Below, one piece after another: positions 23,559 to 35,169 of a DNA stretch of 46,060 bases; the first letter of the stretch is position 1; each line of letters begins with the position of its first letter. Under the pieces are notes generated by a model, which saw nothing but the letters and a program-made list of their open reading frames with translations, was not told where the DNA came from and made no database searches. This DNA is from Octopus sinensis. Lineage: Eukaryota. The translations under genes and the position numbers were made by a program. The stretch lies in the NCBI RefSeq assembly GCF_006345805.1, contig NW_021834539.1, positions 1-46,060 on the forward strand, read 5' to 3'.

Positions 23559-25467
23559 CAGTATAACCTCCATTTGGGGCATCAATTTTGAAAAATTGCC
23601 CCAAAAATAGAGGTTTCCCCAAAAATGGAGGTCTGAAATTTTCTTTATTTTTATAAAAATTTTAATAGTTTTAGCATATTTTTCATTAATTTATAAATAA
23701 ATAAAGTATTTTTAAGAACATTTAAACATGTTTTCCACTAATTTTATTGATAATTAGAGTATTTTTCAAGTAGAAAAAAATTTTTATTCTATTACACACG
23801 AAAATAATCTGTTATTTTGTTTCCTGTTGCAGATTTCTTCATATGTATGCCCAATATTTTTCTGAAATTGTAATAGTCTTTTAACGCATCGGGAAACAAA
23901 CGGTGAATATTCTCTTCAAGGTTATTCATTGCTGTTATCGTGTCCAAGTGTGAACAGTTGCATTCAGTTTGGTCATATATTGACTCATCATTATTTTCTT
24001 CTTCATTTTCAGCAATTACGTCTGCAATTATCGTGTCCAAATTTTCTTTCTCACTGTTAACTAAAAAATTTGAACTAGGAATCTGTTGCCGATAGTTATT
24101 AATTGTTTTCCCAACAATTCGTTATTGTTTCAGGATTTAAATTTTGCCATGTTTTTCCAACAATTATTATGACATGACGAAGATTTATTTTTTTTAAATT
24201 AACAATTTGTAACTCAACGTCTCAAAATAAAGAGTAAAATCCAATAAAGCGTTAAGATAATTGGACTTGAAAGATTTAATAATACCCATGTCTAACGGTT
24301 GAATTAATGAGGTTGTATTTTTTGGGAGAAAAAACAATTCAATGTTGGAAAGATGGATATATTTGTGACAGCTTGCGTTATCAAGTAACAAAACAATTTT
24401 TCTCTTTTGCGTAATCATTTGTTCATTTGTAATGGTGAGCCATGTAATAAATATTTCTGATGTCATCCAACTGTTTTTTTAGATGAATATGAAACTCCAT
24501 GTTCTTCAGGGTTAAAGTTTTTCATACAACGTGGGGATTTATATTTTCCTACTAACAATGGCTTCAATTTTTCGCCACAAGCACTGACCGACAAAAGAAT
24601 AGTGAATTTTTCTTTACTCCTTTTAATTCCGAAACAATCTTCATCCGAACTTACAAATGATTTTGAAGGTATCCTTTTAATATATAACCCAGTTTCGTCG
24701 CAATTAAAAATATTTTGAAGACCATATTCTTTTACGTATTCATCATACTTGGAAAAAAACATATCAAGCGAAGAAACATCGGAAGAGTTTTTCTCTCCAC
24801 TAATTGTCTTAAATGACAACATATGTCTTTTCTAAATTTTTCCAACCAGCCATTGGACCCTTTGAACGCCGAATAATTCAACATCCTTGCTACTTTGGAA
24901 GCAATATTTTTTAAAAGAGGACCGGACACAGGAATAAATTCTTCCCTTGTCTTGGTGAAAGCCTCAAAAACATTTTATATCCAATTTTTGGGATAAAGTA
25001 TGAGGAGAGCGTTGAATATTTCTGGGAAAATCTGTTTGAACAGCCCCAGTATTAAAAAAATTGAGATAATTTTTTTTAATACGTGACACAGCGCCTAAAA
25101 ACTTACATTAATAAAAAACCTTTACTAATTTTGTACTTATCTACAATATCTCGTTCAGTAAGATGTTATTTTCACTTAATTCCTTGGCAATTTTGATCTT
25201 TAACTCAAGACTAAGCTTACGAGCCATAACAACAAGAATACAAAAATTACACGAGGCTTCCAAATGAATTTTATATAATTAATTTTAATTTTAATAGCAA
25301 ATATGTATATATTAAAAATCCTGTGCCCCACTTAGAGGTTCCGGTAATTTCTAAATTTGGAAATTACCGCATAAAAATTATATCCTTTTCAAACTACCCC
25401 AAAAAGAGGTTTCCCCAAAAATAGAGGTTCCCCAAGCAGAGGTCTGCCCCAATGGAGGTTATTACTG
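23559..25467 (-). mobile_element. pogo/Tigger element, frameshifted transposase with a 25-nt intron (25095-25119)
   Basis: TA-flanked TIRs CAGTA(A)TAACCTCCATT(T)GGGGCA; motifs FKGSNGWLEKF, NCDETG, LLLDNASCH, IQPLDMGII, KITDYF spread over four ORFs. Confidence 0.93.
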
Positions 25468-25869
25468 TAATAGAAACACATAAGGTGAAACAAAATTCCA
25501 ATTTTTTTCGGTAAAAAGAAGATTGGCAAATCATAGAAATGGTAAATTAGATAGGTTTGACTGTGTATCAAAAAAAATGGAAAGTGAATAAAAGTTTCGA
25601 AAAACACTATACCATTTTCTATACTAAATGAGTCAACTAAGTGGAATCAATAACAATTAATAAATGGAATTATACCCAACAATATAATTTAATAGCTTAT
25701 TAAATAGAATTAACACCAAAAATTTATGTGTTTAAAATTTAATGTTAACCATATTTATTGTGTCAGCAATATTTCTCTGTATTACAGAAATAAAGCTTTC
25801 ACAATCTTTAAATGTAATTGTTTTTATTCTATCTACAATTTTTTTTAGCATCCGTGTTCAATACTCTCC

Positions 25870-26520
25870 AATTTACAACCGTTTTTGTTGAAATAAAATT
25901 TGGTTTTTAAAAGAAAGATGTCTCTTTTTTAGATGAGCTTTTACTTTTGACCATAAATTTTCGATGGGGTTAAGCATTGGACTGTACGAACCGATACAAA
26001 GAATATAAAAGTCATTAAATTCTTCCAATCGAAGAACTCCTTCAATACAATTGTGGGCTGGTGCATTGTCCAACACAATAATTACTGGACCACCATCTTT
26101 AATCTGTGCTTTTCTCAAACAAATTTTCATCTAATGACAAGTCTGTTTATTTAAAAGCTTCCCATCAGATTTTATAGTAAATGAGTCCTAGAGATGCATC
26201 CAATTGTATGCATGACCCTTTAGATGCAGCAGCTAGGATAGTGCATCTTGTTCCTTTTAGTGATCTTCATTCTGTCATGCTGATATGGAGTTTAAAGTTT
26301 GATTCATCCTTAAAGCGAATTGGTTTGTTTTCCGATTTTTAAACAAATTCCTTTCTCTTGATTTTGTTAATTTTTTAAAGAGCTTTTTCAGGATCAAACT
26401 TTAATTTCTTTAATTCATACAAACTTAAATCAAGATGTCGAGCAATACTTGATTTTTATATTGATAATTGCGGAAAATTTGATTTGATTCAACGTCAAAT
26501 TGTATTTCTTTTATAATTAG
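25870..26520 (-). mobile_element. Decayed IS630/Tc1 transposase
   Basis: Degraded DESNF and GTRC...AAASKG motifs, plus an intact VLDNAPAH...YSPMLNPIENLWSKVKAHLKK (35 residues between D and E). Confidence 0.85.
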
Positions 26521-27766
26521 CTAAAAGGTTCATATTCAGAAAAAAATATTGGACAAATCTTCCTCTGCATTTACAAAATTTGAACATCCATACAGAGAAA
26601 ATATAACTATTGTCGTAAATTGTCTAACAATTTGTCAACATTAAATATAGTGAGCCTTTCAGAAGGATCTCCGACGCTTGCAAAATGATCACGGAAATTA
26701 TAATTAACTGGTTTACCCTGGTCCTTTAATCAATATCTTAAATTAACCGACCCTTCTAAACAGTTTTTATCGGTTTCACATAGACTTTAATTGAGTTCTA
26801 TAAAAGAATAAATGAGATGGAATTAATTATTAATTGTTTTCTAAATAAGATATTTGCATTGAATAATGTTGTTTTTTGATGCTGTTAATCACTGGTCCGA
26901 AGCTAAAAATTCAATATTGTAAAATGTTATGTAAAAATAAATAGTACAAAAGTTATTTATTCATTTAATATACAAATTTGTCTAAGAACGTCAAGCCGTA
27001 GGTGCCAAATATATAGAATTGAAAAATAATTGGGTGGTCGGGAACATTTGCACGCTACTGTAGCAGTTTTAGATTTGTTTTAAAATTGATGAATCATTAA
27101 GATAAGTAGATCAGAAATCTAACATTATAAAATTATTAAATTCTTTCAAAATTATATCGAAAGAGTGGTCAAAAAACAGCTGAAATAGCGTGCAAATCTA
27201 CAGAATATTCTTTAAAAAGCAATATTTGTATTTAATAAAATACACATAAAAATTCAACCACTTTGATCACCACGGGAATATTCGGAATCCAGGGTATGAC
27301 GATGGCAAAAAATCTTTTTCTGTTCAAAAAATTATCATTTAAAAAAATAATAAATGCCTTTTTATACAAAAATTATTTAGAACCTTCAATCTACAATTTC
27401 AACATACTAATAAAATTATAAAAACTAATTTAAACTCACAGTATTCAATTTTGAGACAAAATGAATTATCAATCTGACTCAACTTGATATATCTCATCAA
27501 TATAAAATGTAATCAGTTATTTGGTATGGAATTCATAAATAAAAGAATTTTGACTAAAGTGGACATAATTTATGAAGTTCAAATTAATTCAATGGTGATG
27601 ATCACAAAATTATGATGATATAAAATACAAGTCAATAAGTAAAACAGGAATGAACAATCATTCAAGTAATCAATAGAAAAAAGATAAATTCAAAAACGAC
27701 AAAATTACTAAATTAATTGTTTAAGGATATCATACAAACTAAAATATATTAAATAAAATATAATAC

Positions 27767-29692
27767 CTAAAAGATTGACTTCTCGAATGAGCTTGATCCA
27801 GATTTTGATGGAGCAGCAAGAATTGTGGAGGGTAAATCTCCCATACCAGTTCCAACAATAACAACAGTCAAAAAATCGTCTTCGAACGAATTAAAAGATT
27901 CCTCAGAAACAACAGGCGAGAGGAGTTTACGCGAAAAATCACACTTTGGAAAAGCATGAAGAGCGGCCGTGGATTTCTTTTCAGTCCCACCAAATGAATA
28001 AGACACTGAAATAACAACAACAGCAGCGGCGTTTTTTTCTTCAAAATAATTAACCAGATTGTGGAGACTGGACTGCCCAGAAGAACAGTCAGAAGAAAAT
28101 GCAACTAACACACAATAAGCACCATCAGAGTTGTCAATCCTGTTTTGAACTTCTCCAAGTTTATCTGGATCTAGTCTCAATCGATGTACAATAGACAATA
28201 AGACCGGTTCTTTTTGTTTCCCGTTCATTTCATTTGTCAATATTGTATGTTTGTACAAAAAATAGTCGACAAGCTGATAATTACCACGCACAAAGCGGAA
28301 AGAAACTGGAATGTTGGAACTCTTAAGCATAAATGCTCCTTTCCAGACATCTTCCGAGTCTTTGATTTGAGACATAGTCTTGAGAGGAGAGAAATATTCT
28401 CCTTCTTCATCAGAAACATAACTTAAAGAATAATTTTCATCACCATCTCCTTTTGCTGGAGTCATCGGACTGACCGGAGGTATTTCTACTGCATCCTCCT
28501 CGTTTTCTTGAAAAAATGCCCGTTTTTTGGAATATTTAAGATAACTAATTTCACCTTCATCGCCAACACTGTCAACGACGTTAAAAAATGGAGGATCGAA
28601 TTTTTTTCGATTACTGGTCTGTTTTTCATCAACATTAATAAAGTTATCATTCTCAACTTCGGTTCGAATATTATTCGATGATGACAAATCTGATGAGAAT
28701 CTACTTTTAATAGATTTTTTCGGAGTAGTCTTTTGAAATGATCTGCTTTTGATAATGAGGTCGGCAAAAGATTGATTCATGTGAGATTCTTTTGCATAAT
28801 CCACTTGAATAGCCACTCCAGTGGAAGGAAGTACGTATCCCTTCATTTTTTTAAAGGCATCCACAGCGCTAGAAATTTGATCGTACATAAAATAGCCAAA
28901 GTCAGCCCCCACTGGCCAAAAATCTTTCCGGATTAATCCAAAAGGTTCAAAAAGTGGATAAACTTCGTCTTTATCAGGAACAAGACCGACATATATACAC
29001 AGTGAAGGAATTGGTCTGCCATATCCAATTAGGCAGTTATATTTTCCGAATCTAAGTCCATGGGTATTCCTCTTTGCCACTTCAGCCATGTTCATATCAG
29101 CAAATGTCACAAAACAGTAAATACCGTCTTCATTACCACGGAATTGAATTGCCTCGACATGTCCGTACTTTGAAAAAACTGATGAAATGTCTTCTTCTTC
29201 GACCTTTGGATTCAGATTTCCGACGAAGAGAACACGACATTGATCATTGACATGTGCTTGACCACTTCTTTGAGGGCGGGGAATTGTCCGCTTTTTGATT
29301 TCTTCTCTTCCACGAACCTTGATTGGCTGAATCCTTTGTCCGCGTACAACTGGAGTCACTTCAACATGACCATCAAATAGACAAATTGAGCGGATTGTCT
29401 CTCTATAGGCAGTTTCCGCCGTCCGAGTATCCTCAAAATTCACATAAGCCGCAGTTTGTCCACGTTGAGAAGTTATTTGAATATTGAAGTACCGATAATG
29501 TATGTATTTGTCGTAAAGTTGTTCATAAATATCATCGTCGTGCATGTTAGGAAGATTAGTGAAAATTAAAGAGGTGTATGTCCCGATTTGAGGTTTATTA
29601 AAATGCGATCTATTCACTAGATCGTGATCTGAATTGTTAAATTGTCTTTTTTTGGGATAGTTAGGTCCACGACGAGAATCATACGAACTCAT
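27767..29692 (-). CDS. RBM15: RBM15/spenito-like protein: three RRMs plus C-terminal SPOC domain
   Basis: Single ~640-aa frame with RRM motifs (AYVNFED, VLFVGNL...YCFVTF, IYVG...GYFMYD) and SPOC motifs VWKGAFMLK, HRLRLDPDKL, NLVNYFEEKNAAAVV, LHAFPKCDFS. First in-exon ATG at 29692; the ORF-track GTG overlaps a splice acceptor. Confidence 0.88.
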   Translation of the reverse strand: MSSYDSRRGPNYPKKRQFNNSDHDLVNRSHFNKPQIGTYTSLIFTNLPNMHDDDIYEQLYDKYIHYRYFNIQITSQRGQTAAYVNFEDTRTAETAYRETIRSICLFDGHVEVTPVVRGQRIQPIKVRGREEIKKRTIPRPQRSGQAHVNDQCRVLFVGNLNPKVEEEDISSVFSKYGHVEAIQFRGNEDGIYCFVTFADMNMAEVAKRNTHGLRFGKYNCLIGYGRPIPSLCIYVGLVPDKDEVYPLFEPFGLIRKDFWPVGADFGYFMYDQISSAVDAFKKMKGYVLPSTGVAIQVDYAKESHMNQSFADLIIKSRSFQKTTPKKSIKSRFSSDLSSSNNIRTEVENDNFINVDEKQTSNRKKFDPPFFNVVDSVGDEGEISYLKYSKKRAFFQENEEDAVEIPPVSPMTPAKGDGDENYSLSYVSDEEGEYFSPLKTMSQIKDSEDVWKGAFMLKSSNIPVSFRFVRGNYQLVDYFLYKHTILTNEMNGKQKEPVLLSIVHRLRLDPDKLGEVQNRIDNSDGAYCVLVAFSSDCSSGQSSLHNLVNYFEEKNAAAVVVISVSYSFGGTEKKSTAALHAFPKCDFSRKLLSPVVSEESFNSFEDDFLTVVIVGTGMGDLPSTILAAPSKSGSSSFEKSIF

Positions 29693-30714
29693 AAAGTACA
29701 CTAAGCAAGGTATGAATATATTTGTTTTATTAATTAATTAAATTAAAAATAAAACAAATTTTAAATTATAAATACAAAATATTCTTTTATTTAAAAACTG
29801 GTAAAATTGTTTAAATTAGTTTTTTAATTCAAAGGTGAAGCACTAAATTGTCCACCAGAACACTTTTATTGTTTAATAAATTTGATTTTTAATTTACTGT
29901 GCCCACGATCCGGATGGTCTTGGAGAATTGTCGTCAAACATGACTAGTATTGGGGATACGCATTGAAAGAGACACTTCGGTGCCTTGTTTTTATCTCCCC
30001 GCCGATGATTTCTTTCTTGTTTTTCTTTTTCTTTTCGCTCAATAAACACTATTCTATTCTCTATTCTCTAAAAATCATTAGTTTCGCGTTTATTTTTATC
30101 GATTAAACCAGCAAACTCATTTATATTTTTTATGTTAACGAATCGAATAAAAGCGTCTTGTAAAATACTTCAAATCTAATAATCAATACGAGTAATAATA
30201 GATTACGGGTAACTATAATACAGATTATAGGAAACCAATTTGTTAGAAAATTTATTTAGATAATATTTTTACATTACAAAAGAAAGGAAAGAATCATTTA
30301 TGTGCATAATGAAATTGTTTTGTCATATTCTACTGAAAGACCCAAATCTGTAGGAAGGTATAAATTTAATGAATTACAAAAACTTTAATATTTAGCTTTA
30401 AAAGAAAAACGTTTTTGAGTTTTTTTCGGGAAATTTTTTTCTGTAAATACAAATAAATTTTGCAGTATTGAAATTAAGATAAAAAAATTAATTTTTCAAA
30501 GGAATAAAACAAAAGTAAAGAACGAATCATTTGTGGGGAAAGGAATTGCTCTACTTTTCCCGCGAATAATGACAATCGAATTTCTTTGCAAGAGCCACTA
30601 TGATTCACGTGGAACTAATTGGCCAAATTTTGAAACATTTTCATAGAAAAAATCATATTCTTTTAATTAATTTATTAAATTTTTAATTGGCTACAATTTT
30701 GAATTTAAGTTCTA

Positions 30715-31400
30715 GGAGTTTGAAAAGAGGTTGATTGAATAGATGGAGGTAATAGAATCTAAGGGTATTTTCCGAAAAACTAATTTTTAGGTGGTTTTGT
30801 GAATGATCCTTTAATATCTATTAAAGCAGCATTTTTTGCGGATAAGTCATAACTCATTAATTTCAGAAATTCTAATGTATTCCTCGATAAATTCAGAAGA
30901 TGGGTTCAAAATAAGTAAATTTAAACAAATAAATCTGTAGACGTTGAATCCTTTCTTTCGATTCTCGTACCTTCGATTTTCTCAAATTTAATTATAATTA
31001 AATCTAAAAATCAATAATAGATTACGGAAATCCATAATAATAATTAATTTTTTAAATTTGTTTAGAATCTAAACAAGTTAATTGTTAAACCGAAGGTATA
31101 TAATTTAAAAAGGCATTACAATTCAAATCATAGATATACGATTATTTTGAAAGTACTAAGTTGTTTATTGACCAAAAGTTCCAATGCGTGTTTCAAAGCT
31201 AAATAAATTAAGAAATAATTTGACTTCTTCACGTGCTTACTTTACAAAAATCACAGTCGAATTATTGCAGCAGTTACTGCAAGATATGAAATCAGCAGAC
31301 TGATTTCAATGAATGGGAAATCATAATTGTGATTTGGAAAACAGCCAAATTTATTTGTCCGAATGATGCGCATTTGCTTAAAGAGATTTCTTTTATAAAA
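30715..31400 (+). mobile_element. Decayed pogo/Tigger transposase with a 26-nt intron (30765-30790)
   Basis: EFEKRLIE*MEVIESKG|intron|GFVNDPLISIKAAFFA, NFRNSNVFLDKFRR, RYTIIL. Heavily degraded. Confidence 0.6.
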
Positions 31401-32106
31401 TGCTGCCCTTGAAACAAAATAAATATTTTTTCAAATAACAAAAAAACCGAAGAATTATTTATGTGCATAATGAAATTGTTTTGTTATATTCTACAGAAGA
31501 ACCGAAAATCTTTAAAAAAAGTAAAAATTAAATGCTTTACCCAAACGTTTGGTTTTCTACTTGTTTCGCTCCACAAAGTCCTGGAAACCAATCTGAAATC
31601 AATAAGATTTCTGGAATTCAACAAGAAAGAATGGAGGAGGCACACCACGTTTAGAATTATAGAAATATGATGCTATTTTTTCAGTAGTTAATGAGGATGA
31701 TCTATCTCGCAATAAAATTAATATTAATAATTAATTTTAATTAGACGGGAATAGAAAATGTTGTGATCTGAGCGAATTTGGAATTTATTGATTTTCTTAC
31801 GCTTCGCTTTGTTTGCTGAATGGCCAGAAGATAACGCCCCACGTGATAATGTTCGACGCCAAGAAGGTGTTCCTACAAATAGTGACAGGGTATGTACGAT
31901 GATAGATAGTTAAAGGAGTTATGAAAAACTATATACATTTGTATTGTTTTAATCACACTCAGTAAGTTGTGTCTTTAGTCTTAGTTTTATTAAATTCACG
32001 TGACTTAGTAAAAAAGAAAATTGATTGTTAAACAAAAATTTCAAAACAAAAATTTAAAGCCTCTAATCCGTTTTTAAGGGTATGAGTGAACGAGAAATGT
32101 CTAGAC

Positions 32107-33479
32107 CAGGGGCTCTCAACCTTTTTAGCTCAAGGGCCAAATCGATAATTAAGATTAGCTTCGCGGGCCGCACAAAAAATATTTTATATATTTTTATATT
32201 TTCCAAGCCGGTAACTCGCTTGCAATCCGAAGTAATGAGTCCGAAGCCACTGCCGGTAACTCGCTTGCAATCCGAATCCACTGCTGATGCGTAATGAGTT
32301 TTTGGACTCTTTTTCTTCTTTTTTGAATTTCCATTTCCTTTATAAAGAAATACAAGCTAAAAAATTTACAAAAGGTGTTGCAACTAAAAAGAAAGTATTA
32401 TTTGTTTATTAAGTTTTTGAAATCCGGAATAAGTAAAGTCGAAGAAGTTCGTAAAAGCTGACTCAAGTGATTATCCGTGAGTTTGTTACGATATTTATTT
32501 TTTATTCGAATCATTTTACAATTTAATTAATTAAATTAAACAACTAACAATTAACACCGAAAATCGTTAAGTTCCAGCGGCGACGGAACCAGAGGCTCTC
32601 TCTCGAGTCCTTGAGCCTCCTCCCGATAAACTGCCCGACCTCTTTGAGGAACGAGTCAGTCTTCTTTCCTGCAACTCCAGCGGTCTCCAGGGCGATTGCC
32701 GTAACGCGGTAGCGGTCCGCGAGCGAAGAATATTTGTGTATTTTGATCTTTTCGGCGTGGTTTGCAGCCGAACAAGGGTTTGCCGAATCATTTTACTAAA
32801 TATTGATTCGCATAAATATGTAGATCCAAACATTGATATATTCATATATGCATTTTGTGTTATATTTTGGAATAATTTAATCTAAATTTGAATTTGTCTT
32901 GAGGAATTAATTCGTAAAAATTAATAATTTGAACAATGCCGCCAGTTCTATATATCATGTTGTAAATTAATGAGTTCTAGTTGAAACTTTGCAGGCGCAT
33001 CCTTAATTTCCACGCTGAATGGAGTTGCGAATATTTTCATTAAAGAAAAGAATTCTTTAAAATTCTAAAAATTAAATTTATATAAATGTACCCCAAAACG
33101 TGCTTCAAATTGATTAATTAAATCACCAATTATGGATATGTATTTTTCATAATCAGCGCCTTCGTTGTTTTCAGATAGTGAATAAAAATGAGATGTATAT
33201 CTCCGTATTTAAGTGAAGTCAACACTAAATATAATTTTTCGATAAACGAAGAAATATATCCATATAACTGATAACAGATTTTTCCTTTTCCTTGTAATTC
33301 AACATTGAGATTCGACAAATGCGTGGTTAAATCAACATAAAAAGCCAAATCGGCAATCCATCTTTCATCGTAAAATAAAGAAAAAATAATTAAATTTTAA
33401 CATTATTAAAAAATTAATAAAGTTAATTACTCTAGAGGGGCCGCAAAAAAATCCTGGGGGCCGCATTTGAGAACCGCTG
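32107..33479 (-). mobile_element. Non-autonomous hAT (Charlie/GTF2IRD2-like) element
   Basis: Perfect 8-bp TSD GTCTAGAC (32099-32106, 33480-33487); ends CAGGGGCTCTCAAC / CAGCGGTTCTCAAA; fragments AFYVDLTTHLSNLNVELQG and SMFGSTYLCESIFSKM. Confidence 0.93.
32540..32790 (-). mobile_element. CRE-clade RLE 3' fragment nested in the hAT element
   Basis: An alternative minus frame reads AANHAEKIKIHKYSSLADRYRVTAIALETAGVAGKKTDSFLKEVG...WFRRR. GC-rich island. Confidence 0.8.
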
Positions 33480-33636
33480 GTCTAGACTAATTAAAACAAA
33501 GAGTTATTGGCTCGATCTACAAATACTCCTTTATCATACAAAAAGTTGTTTTACACTTTTTAAGTACTAATTTTTAGTTAATCAAATTAAATATTTTATT
33601 TAGCACGAAATCGTGAGAACGAAAACAAGTTATGTA

Positions 33637-35169
33637 CAGTAAAACCTCTGGTGCTCGCCATTTTCGGGACCGAAGAAAAAATTGCGAGCAATAGAATTTG
33701 GCGAGCAATGGAAATAATCAATAAATTTTTTGACTTTGAAATTTTGAAAACATCTCGGTTTTCGATACTTTCCGATCATAAGTGATCCTTCCAAGTCATA
33801 TCTGAGCAAATAAACAAAGAGAATCGAAAGAAATTAAAAGGAAAAAATTAACTAAAAAAATCTTTAATAGTTTTTTTTAATTCAGCCATATTTCTAATAA
33901 CTGTGTCGATTAGTTCCAACGAATTTATATCAAAATTTTCATTTTGATAAAAGAATGACTTTATTCTTTTCAACATTTTCAAAGCCTCTTTTGAATTTAC
34001 ATGAGATTCGTCATTATGAATATCTTCATCGTCATATTTTTGTGGGAAAGAATCTCCAGCAATATTAAGGTAATCTTCAATTTCATCTATTTCGGTAAAT
34101 TCATGATTAATAAAATCATCTTTATCCACCGGGTCCAATATTTTCAAGATATTTACCATTTGATCATAATTATCAATTTCAACAGTTTGTCTTTCGAGTT
34201 GATTTTCACATTCGATCCATTTTGAATGTCCGAAACACTTTGTAATTGTTTTGGTCGTTACTTTTTTTCCAGGCAAAATATGTAAAAAGAAGACCGTCTT
34301 TTAAGGTTAATTTTTTATGAGCTTCCAGTGGATTTTCTCCATTTTCAATTTTTTCTAACATAAACTCAAATTTAAGTTTATTAAAATGTCTTTTGAAGAA
34401 TTCCATCCAAGTTAATAGTTCGGTGTCAATAACAGAATAAGTTAAGTTAGATAATCTCTTCTTATTGGAGAAAATGGGATCAGTAGACATTATTTTCTCT
34501 TTTCCAAGTCTTAAATCGTTCACAGCCCTTCGAGATATTTTTTTCTTCAAAACAGAAGAAAAAATGTAAGCTATACGGTCCATCGTGAGACTTTTGTTCT
34601 TTTCCATGTACGCAATAATGCGACGTTTTTCATTAAAAGACAATCTTGTGCACTTACGCATGTTGAATTTAGCGTGGTTGAAACAACAACAACAAGAAGC
34701 CCTGCCGCAAGATGAGAACGGAATGTTAACATCTCGCTTGGGCCAGCCACATAAGATCAAGACAGAGAGAGAATATGTTATTAGGAAACTAACTAATCCA
34801 GAGGAAGACGTCCCGAACGAAGACATGTATCTCTGCTCCATCTAATTTTTCTTTTCGAGTTTGGCTGAAGTAGACATCCGGTTCCGCAGTGCTTGAAGAA
34901 CTTAGTAGTTTTCCGAAACTCCTGGGTTCATATCTTACTGTTATCATTTCGGCGGAAGGTTCCATGCATATTACATGCAACCCGGATTGACGAGTGACGC
35001 CGGCAACAGTGGTTGAAATATTTTATGTAAAAAATAGTTTAACCAAAAAAATATTTTTAAAAATTAATGGTGAGATTTAGAAAATGGCGAGCAATAGAAT
35101 ATTTATCAAAATTTACTAGAAATTTTTAATTTTTTGAAAAATATGTGGCGAGCACCAGAGGTTTTACTG
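33637..35169 (-). mobile_element. Internally deleted pogo/Tigger element with 5' cargo
   Basis: Perfect 24-bp TIR CAGTAAAACCTCTGGTGCTCGCCA, TA-flanked. The HTH (MRKCTRLSFNEK) joins directly to the post-DDE region, so the catalytic core is deleted. Extra ~350 bp at ~34665-35010. Confidence 0.93.

Noticed and set aside
5450-26900. Uni-strand piRNA-cluster-like TE trap
   Set aside because: TE fragments occur on both strands in similar numbers, and intact host genes are interspersed.
27868-28767. Short ORFs overlapping RBM15 (and similar antisense ORFs at 40340-40651, 34585-34845, 13946-14293)
   Set aside because: Shadow frames of real coding or TE sequence, with no independent motifs; the 34585 frame is discussed only as part of the cargo finding.
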